From positions 4,416,001-4,480,000 of the forward strand of contig OZ242005.1 of assembly GCA_965204725.1 (NCBI GenBank): 64,000 nt of DNA, read 5' to 3'. Of this stretch, positions 40,401 to 48,689 are shown piece by piece (the stretch's first letter is position 1; the number at the start of each line of letters is the position of its first letter). The DNA comes from Candidatus Latescibacterota bacterium. Lineage in GTDB: Bacteria; Latescibacterota; UBA2968; UBA8231. Below the pieces are notes generated by a model, which was not told where the DNA came from, did no database searches, and was given only the letters and a program-made list of their open reading frames with translations. A program made the translations under genes and the position numbers.

Positions 40401-40724
40401 AGCGATCAGGAAGCGGCCAAGGCGGTGGTGCAGGTTCAGCCCGCCGCATTTTCGTTGGCGAACAACTATCCGAACCCATTCAATCCGGCGACGACGATCC
40501 AGTACGCGCTGCCGCAAGCGGCGGACGTAGAATTGGTCGTGTACAACGCGGTCGGCCAGCCGGTGCGGACGCTGGTGGCCGATCATCAGCGCGCAGGTCA
40601 CTACGCAGTTGAGTGGGATGCGACCGATGACCGCGGCTATCGCTTGTCGTCGGGGATGTATCTCTACCGCTTGCAGGCGGGCGGCGAGTTCCGCGAGGTT
40701 AAAAAGATGCTGCTGCTTAGATAG
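37500..40724 (+). CDS. Large secreted adhesin-like paralog (Calx-beta-like/Ig repeats, FlgD-Ig/T9SS-CTD-like tail)
   Basis: GGAGG RBS, signal peptide, same repeats and NNYPNPFNP tail. Confidence 0.82.
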   Translation: MTQRKRLVWRLFYAPWLLAAGLALGWAGEAAAQDDYDYKLSVNPKSVREDAGPTDIEVTVEVTNDTAVEADTYVLLGVSNEGFNIRFRLTLTVLRIPAGKKKATGQLTFIPVDDGVVNQDLTITLSGNAGSNSTVEQTTITLIDDDKDSQNIHLSADIVELNRFDGPTEITVTATLDGKELRRATTFALTIGDHPDLTATPSSDAEATKDNREAQRDLDYTVTLATLTIPRNSVSGTATITITPKNRLPGTIRVESPRAVRVGDDELTIHPVDIKLKKEVAAAPNAIVLSPERVREDAGPTTIQLNVTLQEPLVEDETVSLVVLPAGSRLSEGGTVTRTPIRDVHYTLAFGPPLVIPAGAAEGTTTFTLTPIDDDAVVGRGSIYIQVAVGDVLTTKTIAIGDDDANSTQIALTVDPTSISEGAGRTEVAVTGTLDGKVLDDAVVVLLTIDPDPKDADAEGNVVDVAEATRDIDYTAILRPLTIPAGAVSGTTTIVITPIDDAVVDASETIRLAVPYANNQIATRGGIQLTIDPVDITLREAGEGGAPFFAADATIADWSYSAGTELVSLVLPEATGGVGDLTYRVSVLPTGLSFDAATRTISGTPTDATDGEVTVIYTATDRNGNAARQTFTIAIRAAAATALAFAEGAAIADQTYTAGTAIADLVLPEAMGGAGDLRYQVLTLPAGLSFDGATRTLSGTPTEATNCAVEVTYMVTDRNRDAAALTFSITVNALERPSVVATGLTAKPAMIREDAATTQVSLTVTLAAASDMDESVRFVLVDPSEGQAAVRDVDYSAELEALVVIPAGATAGTTTLTLTPIDDDESEGLKALGVQATLVSTGATLVTAIEIRDDEAPSTSIWLAAEPSVLSEEAALTTVILTATLDGKALAADATVHLSIDEASTATRDLDYAALFTPTIEIPAGSITGTLRFYIDPVADGLAEGDEFIRLIGAIDGLAGDEIEIVLSDQEAAKAVVQVQPAAFSLANNYPNPFNPATTIQYALPQAADVELVVYNAVGQPVRTLVADHQRAGHYAVEWDATDDRGYRLSSGMYLYRLQAGGEFREVKKMLLLR

Positions 40725-40756
40725 TTTCGCCCGGTATTTTCCTGCCGCGCAAGAAC

Positions 40757-40813
40757 ACTGGATTGCCGCCCCGTGTCGGGGGACGGGGTGACGTTCTTGC
40801 GCGGGCAGGACGG
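40757..40813. repeat. REP-like nested palindrome
   Basis: CTGGATTGCCGCCCCGTGTCGGGGGACGGGGTGACGTTC; inverted homolog at 42120-42180 and another copy at 63520-63573. Confidence 0.7.
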
Positions 40814-40856
40814 CTTGAACGGGTTCGGATAGAACGATATTACGCGGCGTCCTACT

Positions 40857-41783
40857 CTACTCGGCTTGGTCTAACTCGGCTTGGTCTAACAGGCGTCTAA
40901 AGGCGTCAAGGCTGGGCACCTGTACGGCCTCCCGAAGCAACTGCTTGAGACGCGGCACCTCGTCGGTTTCCCCAATGCGGGCGGCCAACGGATCCGACGC
41001 AGCCAGCCCAAAACGAATCTCTAGCACTTCGAGCAGAGCTTCCGTGGCGAGTTCTCGGCCCCCTCGCTCAATGCCCTGCTCGATGCCCTGCTTAATCCCC
41101 TGTTCAATGCCCTTTTCTGTGAAATACTGCACTACCGACGATTCGTACATGGTCTCCTCCTCGATGATGGTCATTATCGTCTCTAAGTTATATACCAACC
41201 CACTCAACATCGCAAGATCGGCCAGATAGTTCGCCTTGCGGCTCTCGTCCATCGGCACCTGTTGCGCTCGGTTGACACACTGGCGTAACCACCCCTCGGC
41301 ATCGACTCCCACCGGTGGCTGCATCAGCGGCGCAAACGGCAGCAAGCCGGAAGGTCCCGCGTCGAGGATGCGTTGGCCGTCTATCTCGATCAGCCGGATG
41401 ACCTTGTATTGGACTAAGACGCGGTAGCCGCGTCGTTCTTGGACGTAGTAGCCCGGATCATTTCGGCCGGCGTCTGGACGGAGATAGATGACGTTGGAAT
41501 AGATCGGCCGGCGGTGTTGCTCAATGCCGCGTCCGATATAGCCGGCCATGCGGAGGGGCATGGGGGGGTTGCTGTCGGTGGTTTGGAACTCGTGATGGAT
41601 CAACGCCTTCTGGTCGCCAATTTTGACGCGGATGAGGCTGTCGGTGCGGTGGGTTTCGACGGTGGTTTGCTCGGTATCGACGACGCCGAGGATTTGGATG
41701 TCGTCTTGTTGGAGGGCGAAGCGGGCGAAGTCTGCTGGGTAAGTGTGGATGAGGTGTTTGGCGATGGTGTCGAATTCGGCCAT
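40857..41783 (-). CDS. Rpn family (recombination-promoting nuclease/putative transposase, PD-(D/E)XK) protein
   Basis: FDTIAKHL, RTDSL, HHEFQT, MPLRMAGY motifs and EKGIEQGIKQGIEQGIERG repeats. Confidence 0.82.
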   Translation of the reverse strand: MAEFDTIAKHLIHTYPADFARFALQQDDIQILGVVDTEQTTVETHRTDSLIRVKIGDQKALIHHEFQTTDSNPPMPLRMAGYIGRGIEQHRRPIYSNVIYLRPDAGRNDPGYYVQERRGYRVLVQYKVIRLIEIDGQRILDAGPSGLLPFAPLMQPPVGVDAEGWLRQCVNRAQQVPMDESRKANYLADLAMLSGLVYNLETIMTIIEEETMYESSVVQYFTEKGIEQGIKQGIEQGIERGGRELATEALLEVLEIRFGLAASDPLAARIGETDEVPRLKQLLREAVQVPSLDAFRRLLDQAELDQAE

Positions 41784-41817
41784 GGGTCCTGCCTTGGTTG
41801 CGGGTGAGAGGGGGGTA

Positions 41818-41989
41818 TAGCCGTCCTAAATGACTTGCAAGCATGTAGAGATGCTTCGACTACGCTGCGCTCAGCATGACACCGAGACGGCAGCTTCGTG
41901 CCCCAGACCCTGTCATACTGAGCGCAGCGAAGTATCTCATACCCAACACTCCATGCAGAACATCCCTTATGAAGGATGTAGGACAGCTA
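41818..41989. mobile_element. 172-bp TA-flanked MITE (IS630/mariner-like target) carrying an inverted REP pair
   Basis: TIRs TAGCCGTCCTAAAT / ATGTAGGACAGCTA (12/14), TA on both sides; the paralogous rpn leader has a single TA at 63685-63686 (empty site). Confidence 0.85.
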
Positions 41990-42001
41990 TATGTGCAACT
42001 G

Positions 42002-42016
42002 GCAAAAACCGTGCCG
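42002..42016 (-). promoter_or_regulatory. sigma54-type -24/-12 promoter upstream of rpn
   Basis: CGGCACGGTTTTTGC (GG-N10-GC), conserved in the paralog leader at 63660. Confidence 0.55.
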
Positions 42017-42119
42017 GGACGGCGGCTCATAGGGACGGGCGGGGAATCAGCGGCGTGGGTGTGTAGCGAAAAGGGGACAGGCGTGGCACGTTGGGGGGAA
42101 AGTTTGGCTGGCCGCAGTT

Positions 42120-42180
42120 CCGTCCTTCCCTTCCCGCGGACGAACGTCACCCCGTGCCCCGACACGGGGCGGGAATCCAG
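42120..42180. repeat. REP-like nested palindrome
   Basis: ...GAACGTCACCCCGTGCCCCGACACGGGGCGGGAATCCAG. Confidence 0.7.
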
Positions 42181-42205
42181 CCGAAGGTTTTGCGATCCCG
42201 CTCGG

Positions 42206-43210
42206 CTAGTGCTCGGCTTGGTGGTAGGGCGAGGGTTGGGGTAGGGTGTCGCGGAGAGCGGCTCGCGTGGGGAAGAGGAGGGCGGCTTTTGCCGGCGTTA
42301 TGGAGCAGATATGGCCGGTGGTGTGGAGGCGGAGGTAGTGCCCGCGGTCGTCGGCTGTGCCAACGGCGAGGGTGTCTATGGTGCCGTCTTCGTCTTCGAG
42401 ATAGAGATAGCGCGCTTGGGCAAAAGCCTCGGTGCGGCCCGGATCGTGCAGAGCCGACCACGTCAGGTGCTTGAGGAAGTCGGCGTAGGCTTCTACGCTC
42501 GGGGTGAGGCAGACCTCGGGGCCTGCCGCAGACGAGGCCACCCACTCGTAGGTCGGCATCACGGGGCCGGGTGCGGTCATGGCTTTTAGCTGGCGGTCGA
42601 GGGATTGGACCGGGTAAGCCGGGTCGCCGGCAAAGGCGATGCGCCGCAGACCCTTGCGCTGTAAGGCTTGGGGCAGGACGCGGCGGTCGAGCATAGGAGC
42701 GGGCGGGGTGGTGTCGAGCGCATGGACCGGATGGGCGTGGAGGTGGAAGATGCTGTCGGCCCCAACGCGCTGGATGTACGATTCCCCGGTGCGCGACCCG
42801 GGTGCCCCGCGCCCTTGGCGCACTTCGAGTAAGGGACGCCCCTGTTGGTCGAGCAGGTGGATGCGGATGCGACCCGGGCCGAGACCATAGCGGGCCAAAT
42901 CCCCAGGCTCAGCCGAGACAAAGGTCGCCGGCGTGGCGAGCAGGCTCTGGAGTAGGTGCTCGACGCGGCGGTTGAGGACAAAGGCGCGGTGATACGCTGG
43001 GAAATGCCAACTGCCCCCGTGCCGGACGTAGTGCCAACGGCGTCCGCCCGCGCGAATCTCGATCTGCGCGATGGCGGCGGTCGGCTCGGGCGTCAAGAGG
43101 CGCAAGGCCCCGGCGGTGCGACGCCCGGTGCGCTGGTGCTCGCGCAACGCGCTCTCCCCGAGGACGAGCAGGACCAGCAAGGCCCCCAGCGCACAGAGCA
43201 AGCGAATCAC
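42206..43210 (-). CDS. DUF4340-like membrane-anchored protein
   Basis: N-terminal TM helix, LARYGL motif, last gene of a GldAFG-like operon; probable GTG start overlapping the upstream stop. Confidence 0.65.
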   Translation of the reverse strand: MIRLLCALGALLVLLVLGESALREHQRTGRRTAGALRLLTPEPTAAIAQIEIRAGGRRWHYVRHGGSWHFPAYHRAFVLNRRVEHLLQSLLATPATFVSAEPGDLARYGLGPGRIRIHLLDQQGRPLLEVRQGRGAPGSRTGESYIQRVGADSIFHLHAHPVHALDTTPPAPMLDRRVLPQALQRKGLRRIAFAGDPAYPVQSLDRQLKAMTAPGPVMPTYEWVASSAAGPEVCLTPSVEAYADFLKHLTWSALHDPGRTEAFAQARYLYLEDEDGTIDTLAVGTADDRGHYLRLHTTGHICSITPAKAALLFPTRAALRDTLPQPSPYHQAEH

Positions 43211-46200
43211 GGTCGCCTCGTGCGGCGATAGAGAGCGTAGCCCAAAAACAGCAGCGGTCCCGTGCCCACCACGAGGAGCCGCCACAGACGCTTGGCCTCG
43301 GTGCTCTGGAAGGGAAAGCCGCGCGGCGTCGGCCGCCGGGCCTGTAAGGCCGCGAGGTCCTCGCCATAAGCGTTGGACGCCACGGCATTGAGCAAGAATT
43401 GATCGTGCTGAAAGCCGGAGGCCAACAGGTGCTCGTTTTTGAACATCTCCGAAGAGCCGATCAGGAGTAAACTCCCTGCTTGCTGCGGGAGCTCGCCCAC
43501 GCGCTGGAGCACGGCGCGGCCGTCCTCGTCTTCGGCAAACTCGACCTCGGGAAAAGGCCCGGTAAGCCGCGCGACTAGGGGTTGAGCACCGGGCAGGTAC
43601 GTCTGCGAGGCGAAGACCTCGGGCGGCAGCCAACCGCCCTGCCAAGGGTACGCCCAGGCTTGGGGCGAGGTGGCGATCAGGGTCTGAGCCGTTATGCCCG
43701 CCCTGCTTAGCTGCGCCGGTTGGAAAGCAAAGCGGTTCCCCCAGATAAAGAGCAGGTCGCCGAGGTGCCGGGTGATGGGCGAGGTGCGGTCGTAGTGCTG
43801 GCCGACGGCGCGGATCAAGAAAGGCAAGGCGACCTTTTGGGGGTCGTACTCGCGCACAGCCGTGCGGTTGACTTGGGTTTCTAGGTTGAGGTGCGACTGG
43901 GTGCGGTCAAAGAGCACCTCGCGGAGCTGTTCTACGCCAAAGAGCCGGAGATAGCGGTCGAAGTCTTGGAATTGAGGTTGGGGCCAGTACACCGTTTGAA
44001 AGCCCGCCCCGCGGTACTGACGCTGCTGGATGTTGAAGTGCTGCATGGCGACAATGGCCTTGCCCCCCTGCGCCAGATGCTGGCTCAGCAGCAACAAAAT
44101 CGGCCCCGAGTCGCGGCGCGGCTGCATCCACAACAAGACATCTACGTCGGTCGGCATGGTTGGGGTGCGCGGATTGATGTAGTGGACGTCGTAGAGATAG
44201 TCGGCGAGCAGGGCTTTCAAGTCGCTGTACACGTCGGTGCCGCCGGGGGCAATAAGCCCCTTTTTCTGGTAGTCTTCGAGGGCTTCAGCCGGCGAGAGGC
44301 GCGGCAAGTCGGAGATGACGGCCACGCGCATTTTGCGCCCCTGTTGCAGGCTGTGGGCGGCCGCGGCCAAGAGGAATTCGAGGTGGTGCAGGGTGCGCTG
44401 GTCGAGTTGCGGCACGACCATGCTGCGCCCGTTGCCCAGCAGACGCAGGCCACTCCATAGGTATTGGGTGGCGAGTGTGTCGTTGAGGACGCGTTCGGCT
44501 GGGAAGGGCACCAGCCCCTCGGCGGCGAGCGCCTGCTGCTGGTCGGGGGTCAGGGCGTCGGGTCGGATCACGCGGAGGGGAATGTTGCAGTCGGCGAGCA
44601 AGGCGCGGATGCGGTCTTCGGCGTCTTTGAGTGGCCGGGGCATGGAGGCCCGGTGCGTGGCGATCAGCTCGGCGGCTAGGGATGTGCCCTGCAACAAGCG
44701 GCCCAAAAGCGGCGAGGGCGTGTTGAGTTGGTCGGCCGTTAGGTCGAGATAAGGACCGCGCCCGCGCCAGATGAGCGCACCCATGAGGAGCACCAAGCAG
44801 GCCAAGCCGAGTTGCCGGCCCCAACGGCCGGTCGGCCAGCGCCAGCGGCTGTGGCGCAGATAGTGCCTAACGCCGAGGCCCACAAACGCCAGCGGCACTA
44901 AAAAGACCGCAAAGAACCGCCAGAAGAAGCGGGCGAGTGCGCCGGGCGGGATGAGCCGCGGTGCCCCGCCCTTTTCCACGCGCCCCCTCAGCACGCGCTC
45001 GGGTTGGCCGTAGGTGCGGATGAGGTTTTGCAAAAAGACGCGGTGGGCGTAACCGGGTTGGTTGATGATGCCGTCTTGGAAGGGCGACGCACTGGCTAGG
45101 ACGAATAGCTGCCCCCACCAAGGGTCGTCCGGCTTGAGCAAGACCAGCAAGTTTTGTTTGGGCACGGGCAGGCCGCCGGTTAAATCGGCGTCGGTGAAGG
45201 AGCCGGTGGGCAGGGGCCGGACGCGGGGGCTTTCGGTGGTGGTGCCGACGATTTCCGCGTGGAAGCCTTGGGCTTGTACGGCCTGCGGATCGACTTCGAG
45301 TGCGCTAGCGGCCACGAAATTAAGCCCGCCGCGACCGGGCGCGGCAAAGCTCTTCATATTGTAAAAAGCGGGCAGCACCCGGAGATGAAAGGGCGCGACG
45401 ACTTCGCCCGAGTCGAGGGCGACCGGCCCGGTGTTTTTATCGACGAGCAGGTCCGGCACCGGCCGGATGCCAAAGGGCTGGAGCAGGTGCCCCCAAGCAG
45501 GGGGTGCGCGATGTACCCAGTAGGAGATCGCGTCCTCGGCTGGGGCGTAGCCGATCTGGTAGGTGCTGCCGGCCAGTACTACACTGCGGCCCGACTCTAG
45601 GAAGGCAAGCAACTGCCGCACGTGCTCGGGCGTGGCGACCTCGGGCTGAATCCAGAACAACACGTCGATTGCCGGGGGGATGGTCGGATCGCGGTTGAGA
45701 TCGAGCTCGACGACCGGCCCGGCCTCGTTGAGAAAGGCCGCCAAAAGCTGGAAAGGCGGCGGTGCCGACACGCCAAAGGTCGGCTGCGGCGGCTGCGGCC
45801 CGGCCTGTAGTTGGGCGATGACGTACTCTTCTAGATAAGGCAGGTGGTCTGGCTCTATGCTTTGGACGAGTAGTTCGGGTGCGTTGGTGCGGGCGATTAC
45901 CAGCGAGGACCAGATTTTTTGCTCGGAATGCTCGTCGTGCAACACCCGCCGCACGCTGAAGGCGGAGGCCTTTTTGCTGGCTGCATAGCCGATGCCCGCG
46001 CGCCCGCTCTGGTCTGGGTCGATGACTCGATAGTCAATGCGGCCGGGTGCTTGGTCGCGCAGAGCCGACAGGAGCTGGCGGACTTGAGGTTCGAGTTCCT
46101 TGAGATGCGCCGGCATGTTTTCGCGGGCGGTGGCAAAGTAGGTGATGGAAAGCGGGGCGTCTAAGGAGCGGAGGTAGCGTTGGGTCGCTGGTGCGAGCGT

Positions 46201-46329
46201 GGTGATGTCGTGCCCGGCTAGGTCGAAGGTCCAGCTTCCCGTCAGGTTCAGGAGGCGGCTGGCGTACGCCACAATGCCCAAGAGTAAGGCGAAAGCCAGC
46301 ACCGTTTGGAGCAGGAAGTGCCGCTTCAA
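43207..46329 (-). CDS. GldG-family ABC auxiliary protein (tandem duplicated domain)
   Basis: Two TM-[DL..T]-periplasmic-TM units; follows an ABC permease; probable TTG start. Confidence 0.75.
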   Translation of the reverse strand: MKRHFLLQTVLAFALLLGIVAYASRLLNLTGSWTFDLAGHDITTLAPATQRYLRSLDAPLSITYFATARENMPAHLKELEPQVRQLLSALRDQAPGRIDYRVIDPDQSGRAGIGYAASKKASAFSVRRVLHDEHSEQKIWSSLVIARTNAPELLVQSIEPDHLPYLEEYVIAQLQAGPQPPQPTFGVSAPPPFQLLAAFLNEAGPVVELDLNRDPTIPPAIDVLFWIQPEVATPEHVRQLLAFLESGRSVVLAGSTYQIGYAPAEDAISYWVHRAPPAWGHLLQPFGIRPVPDLLVDKNTGPVALDSGEVVAPFHLRVLPAFYNMKSFAAPGRGGLNFVAASALEVDPQAVQAQGFHAEIVGTTTESPRVRPLPTGSFTDADLTGGLPVPKQNLLVLLKPDDPWWGQLFVLASASPFQDGIINQPGYAHRVFLQNLIRTYGQPERVLRGRVEKGGAPRLIPPGALARFFWRFFAVFLVPLAFVGLGVRHYLRHSRWRWPTGRWGRQLGLACLVLLMGALIWRGRGPYLDLTADQLNTPSPLLGRLLQGTSLAAELIATHRASMPRPLKDAEDRIRALLADCNIPLRVIRPDALTPDQQQALAAEGLVPFPAERVLNDTLATQYLWSGLRLLGNGRSMVVPQLDQRTLHHLEFLLAAAAHSLQQGRKMRVAVISDLPRLSPAEALEDYQKKGLIAPGGTDVYSDLKALLADYLYDVHYINPRTPTMPTDVDVLLWMQPRRDSGPILLLLSQHLAQGGKAIVAMQHFNIQQRQYRGAGFQTVYWPQPQFQDFDRYLRLFGVEQLREVLFDRTQSHLNLETQVNRTAVREYDPQKVALPFLIRAVGQHYDRTSPITRHLGDLLFIWGNRFAFQPAQLSRAGITAQTLIATSPQAWAYPWQGGWLPPEVFASQTYLPGAQPLVARLTGPFPEVEFAEDEDGRAVLQRVGELPQQAGSLLLIGSSEMFKNEHLLASGFQHDQFLLNAVASNAYGEDLAALQARRPTPRGFPFQSTEAKRLWRLLVVGTGPLLFLGYALYRRTRRP

Positions 46330-47093
46330 TACTTGGATCTCTGGAGGCTGAGGTAGTTCATTGAGACGAAAAAGCCGCTCATCAACGCGAAGTATAGCAG
46401 GTCGGCGAGGGCGATTACGCCGCGGCCAAACGCCTCGTAGTGGGGCAGAACCGATATGGTCTCGTACAGCCACGTGCCCGGCTGATAGGCCGGCGCGAGT
46501 CCGTCGAGGACCTCGACTACTTTCTCGTGCCCGCTGAGGACGAAGAAGAAGCCAAAGAGCGCGGCGAGCACAAAGGCCACGATCTGGTCGCGGGTCAGGC
46601 CGGAGGCAAACAGGCCGAAGGACAGAAAGAAAGCACCCAACAGCAGGGCGCCGAGATAGCTCGCGCCGATGCGCCCGAGATCGGGATCCCCGAGGAAGAG
46701 CAACATTAGCACGATGGGCAGGCTACCGGCGAGGACGATGGCGTAGAAGCAGAGGGCCGCGACATACTTGCCGATCACGACTTGCAAGGAGTGCAGCGGC
46801 AGGGTCATCAGCAGCTCAAAGGTGTGCTGGGCGTGTTCTTCGGCCCAAGCGCGCATGGTAATGGCGGGGACGAAGGGAATCAACAGGAAGGGCAGCGCAG
46901 TGAAGTACGGCCCCATATCGACAACCCCGTCGAGAAAAAAGGAGTTCATAAAGGTCGTGCAAGACAGCACCAAAAAGACCGCCGCGTACGCATAGGCAAT
47001 GGGCGAATCAAAATACGCCTCTAGCTCGCGGTCGAAGACGATGCGTGCGCCGCGCAGGCACTCGGCGGCCGACAGGCGTTGTGCGTCAGCCAT
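46326..47093 (-). CDS. GldF-like ABC-2 permease
   Basis: YFDSPIAY, PAITMRAWAEE, ELLMTLP and VIGKY motifs. Confidence 0.85.
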   Translation of the reverse strand: MADAQRLSAAECLRGARIVFDRELEAYFDSPIAYAYAAVFLVLSCTTFMNSFFLDGVVDMGPYFTALPFLLIPFVPAITMRAWAEEHAQHTFELLMTLPLHSLQVVIGKYVAALCFYAIVLAGSLPIVLMLLFLGDPDLGRIGASYLGALLLGAFFLSFGLFASGLTRDQIVAFVLAALFGFFFVLSGHEKVVEVLDGLAPAYQPGTWLYETISVLPHYEAFGRGVIALADLLYFALMSGFFVSMNYLSLQRSKY

Positions 47094-47823
47094 GGGCAGG
47101 GGTGGTGGTGCGGACGAGGTGGGCGAAGACCGCTTCGAGACCGGCCCCGGGAATGCCGGCGTCGTCGGCCAACTGTTCGACGCGGCCATCGCCGAGCAAG
47201 CGCCCTTGGTGGATGATCAACACGCGGTCGGCCATGGCCTCGACGTCGCCGATGATGTGGGTGCTAAAGAGGATTGCGCGGCCCGAACTGAGCGAACGCA
47301 AGGTGTCGCGGAAGGCCAGTACCTGCAGGGGGTCGAAGCCGTGCGTTGGCTCGTCGAGGAGCAAAATTGGCGGATCGTGGACCATGGCGATGGCTAGGCC
47401 GATGCGCTGGCGGAACCCGGTGGAGCACTCCTTGATGCGCTGGGTGAGCACGTCTTTCAGCCCGCAGAGCGCGACCACGTGCGCCAAGCCCTGCTGCAAG
47501 GCATCGCCTTCGAGGCCGCGGGCCCGGGCGATGAAGCGGAGGAACGCATCGACGCGCATTTCTTGGTAGAGTGGGGTGTCGCCCGACAGGTAGCCGATGT
47601 GGCGGCGCACGGCGAGCGGATGCTCCACCACGTCGAGCCCGTTGATGGTGATTTTGCCGGCCGTAGGGTGAATAAAGGTGGAGAGCATCTTGAGCATGGT
47701 GCTCTTACCAGCCCCATTGGGGCCGACGAAGCCGACGATCTCGCCTGAGTCAACGGCGAAGCTGACCGCGTCAACGGCGGTCAAAGTGCCATAGCGGCGG
47801 GTGACGGATTCTACGCGGATCAT
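47086..47823 (-). CDS. GldA-like ABC ATP-binding protein
   Basis: GPNGAGKST, STGFRQRIGLA, LLDEP, STH. Confidence 0.9.
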   Translation of the reverse strand: MIRVESVTRRYGTLTAVDAVSFAVDSGEIVGFVGPNGAGKSTMLKMLSTFIHPTAGKITINGLDVVEHPLAVRRHIGYLSGDTPLYQEMRVDAFLRFIARARGLEGDALQQGLAHVVALCGLKDVLTQRIKECSTGFRQRIGLAIAMVHDPPILLLDEPTHGFDPLQVLAFRDTLRSLSSGRAILFSTHIIGDVEAMADRVLIIHQGRLLGDGRVEQLADDAGIPGAGLEAVFAHLVRTTTPAHG

Positions 47824-47835
47824 GCGCGGGGGCCG

Positions 47836-48243
47836 CTACTCCTTGAATACCCCGCAGCGGAGCATGGTCGCGCCGAAATAGGGATTGGCGATTCGGGCCT
47901 GATCTTTCTGCACCCAGTGCGCCCCCTTCTCGCCGTCGGCCATCGGGCAATACGCCACGACGTAGCCCTCGGGTATTTGGCCCTTCATCACTTCCGCGGA
48001 CAGCGGCTTGAACGCAGCGCGCACCGCGGCAAGATCAGCGGCGGACGCGGCTTTTTCTACCAGCGGCTTGAGCGTTGGGCTGGTGCTTTGCACCAAGCCT
48101 TGCAGTGCTTGGTGTGCCCGGTCTAGATCGTCAGCAGCTAAGGCTTCTTGGGCCGCGACGTAGGCGACTAGGGCCGGAGGGGCCGGCTCGGGCGAGCCAC
48201 AAGCCGCGATGGCGATGAGAAACGGGATAGACAGGTAGCGCAT
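47836..48243 (-). CDS. DUF3347-like lipoprotein (metal-binding, CusB-associated type)
   Basis: Lipobox IAAC; YCPMA...W...NPYFG..MLRCG motif. Confidence 0.75.
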   Translation of the reverse strand: MRYLSIPFLIAIAACGSPEPAPPALVAYVAAQEALAADDLDRAHQALQGLVQSTSPTLKPLVEKAASAADLAAVRAAFKPLSAEVMKGQIPEGYVVAYCPMADGEKGAHWVQKDQARIANPYFGATMLRCGVFKE

Positions 48244-48325
48244 GGGAGATTTCTCGCGGAAAAGGGGGAAACGGAGGAGATGCCGGGCGATTTTTCTGCG
48301 GTATCGTACACTGCGCGAAGGAATA

Positions 48326-48532
48326 TCATTCTTCGTCGAAGTTGAAGGACTTGACGCGCTCGTATTGTTCCTCAATGTCTTCTCGCGTGACGTACTCGCC
48401 GCGCTGCAAGCGAATGTCGCCACTCGATAGGAGACTAACGATGCGCCTATCGGCTAGGCGTCTGTCCTCATCAGTACGAGTTGTTACCTTGGGACTGTGC
48501 AATGCCAACCGGATAAACCGCATGAGATTCAT
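48326..48532 (-). CDS. Small hypothetical protein
   Basis: 68-aa ORF with a purine-rich upstream sequence and protein-like composition, in an otherwise intergenic space. Confidence 0.45.
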   Translation of the reverse strand: MNLMRFIRLALHSPKVTTRTDEDRRLADRRIVSLLSSGDIRLQRGEYVTREDIEEQYERVKSFNFDEE

Positions 48533-48549
48533 GGGTACTCTCTTTCTAA

Positions 48550-48684
48550 GAGGCTGTCTGAAAACTCACCTTGGGTCATGTTGAACAAGTCGTAGAGACG
48601 GGATCCGTCATTCCCGCGCAAGCGGGAATCCAGAAAAGGACCAAGCCAAATCAGAGACTGAAACCCTAACTGTAAGAACGCTTC
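48550..48684. mobile_element. MITE of the same family as 4693-4827
   Basis: Starts GAGGCTGTCTGAAAAC; 84 bp align with 4744-4827 in reverse; TAA occurs on both sides of a 135-bp span, but the second end is degenerate. Confidence 0.7.
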
Positions 48685-48689
48685 TAAGG

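Noticed and set aside
26479-40724. Diversity-generating retroelement acting on the adhesins
   Set aside because: No reverse transcriptase and no TR/VR pair with adenine-specific differences; the 58111 copy is exact and only 34 nt.
40857-40890. 15-bp tandem duplication at the rpn 3' end (LDQAELDQAE)
   Set aside because: Simple slippage duplication, too short to imply an array.
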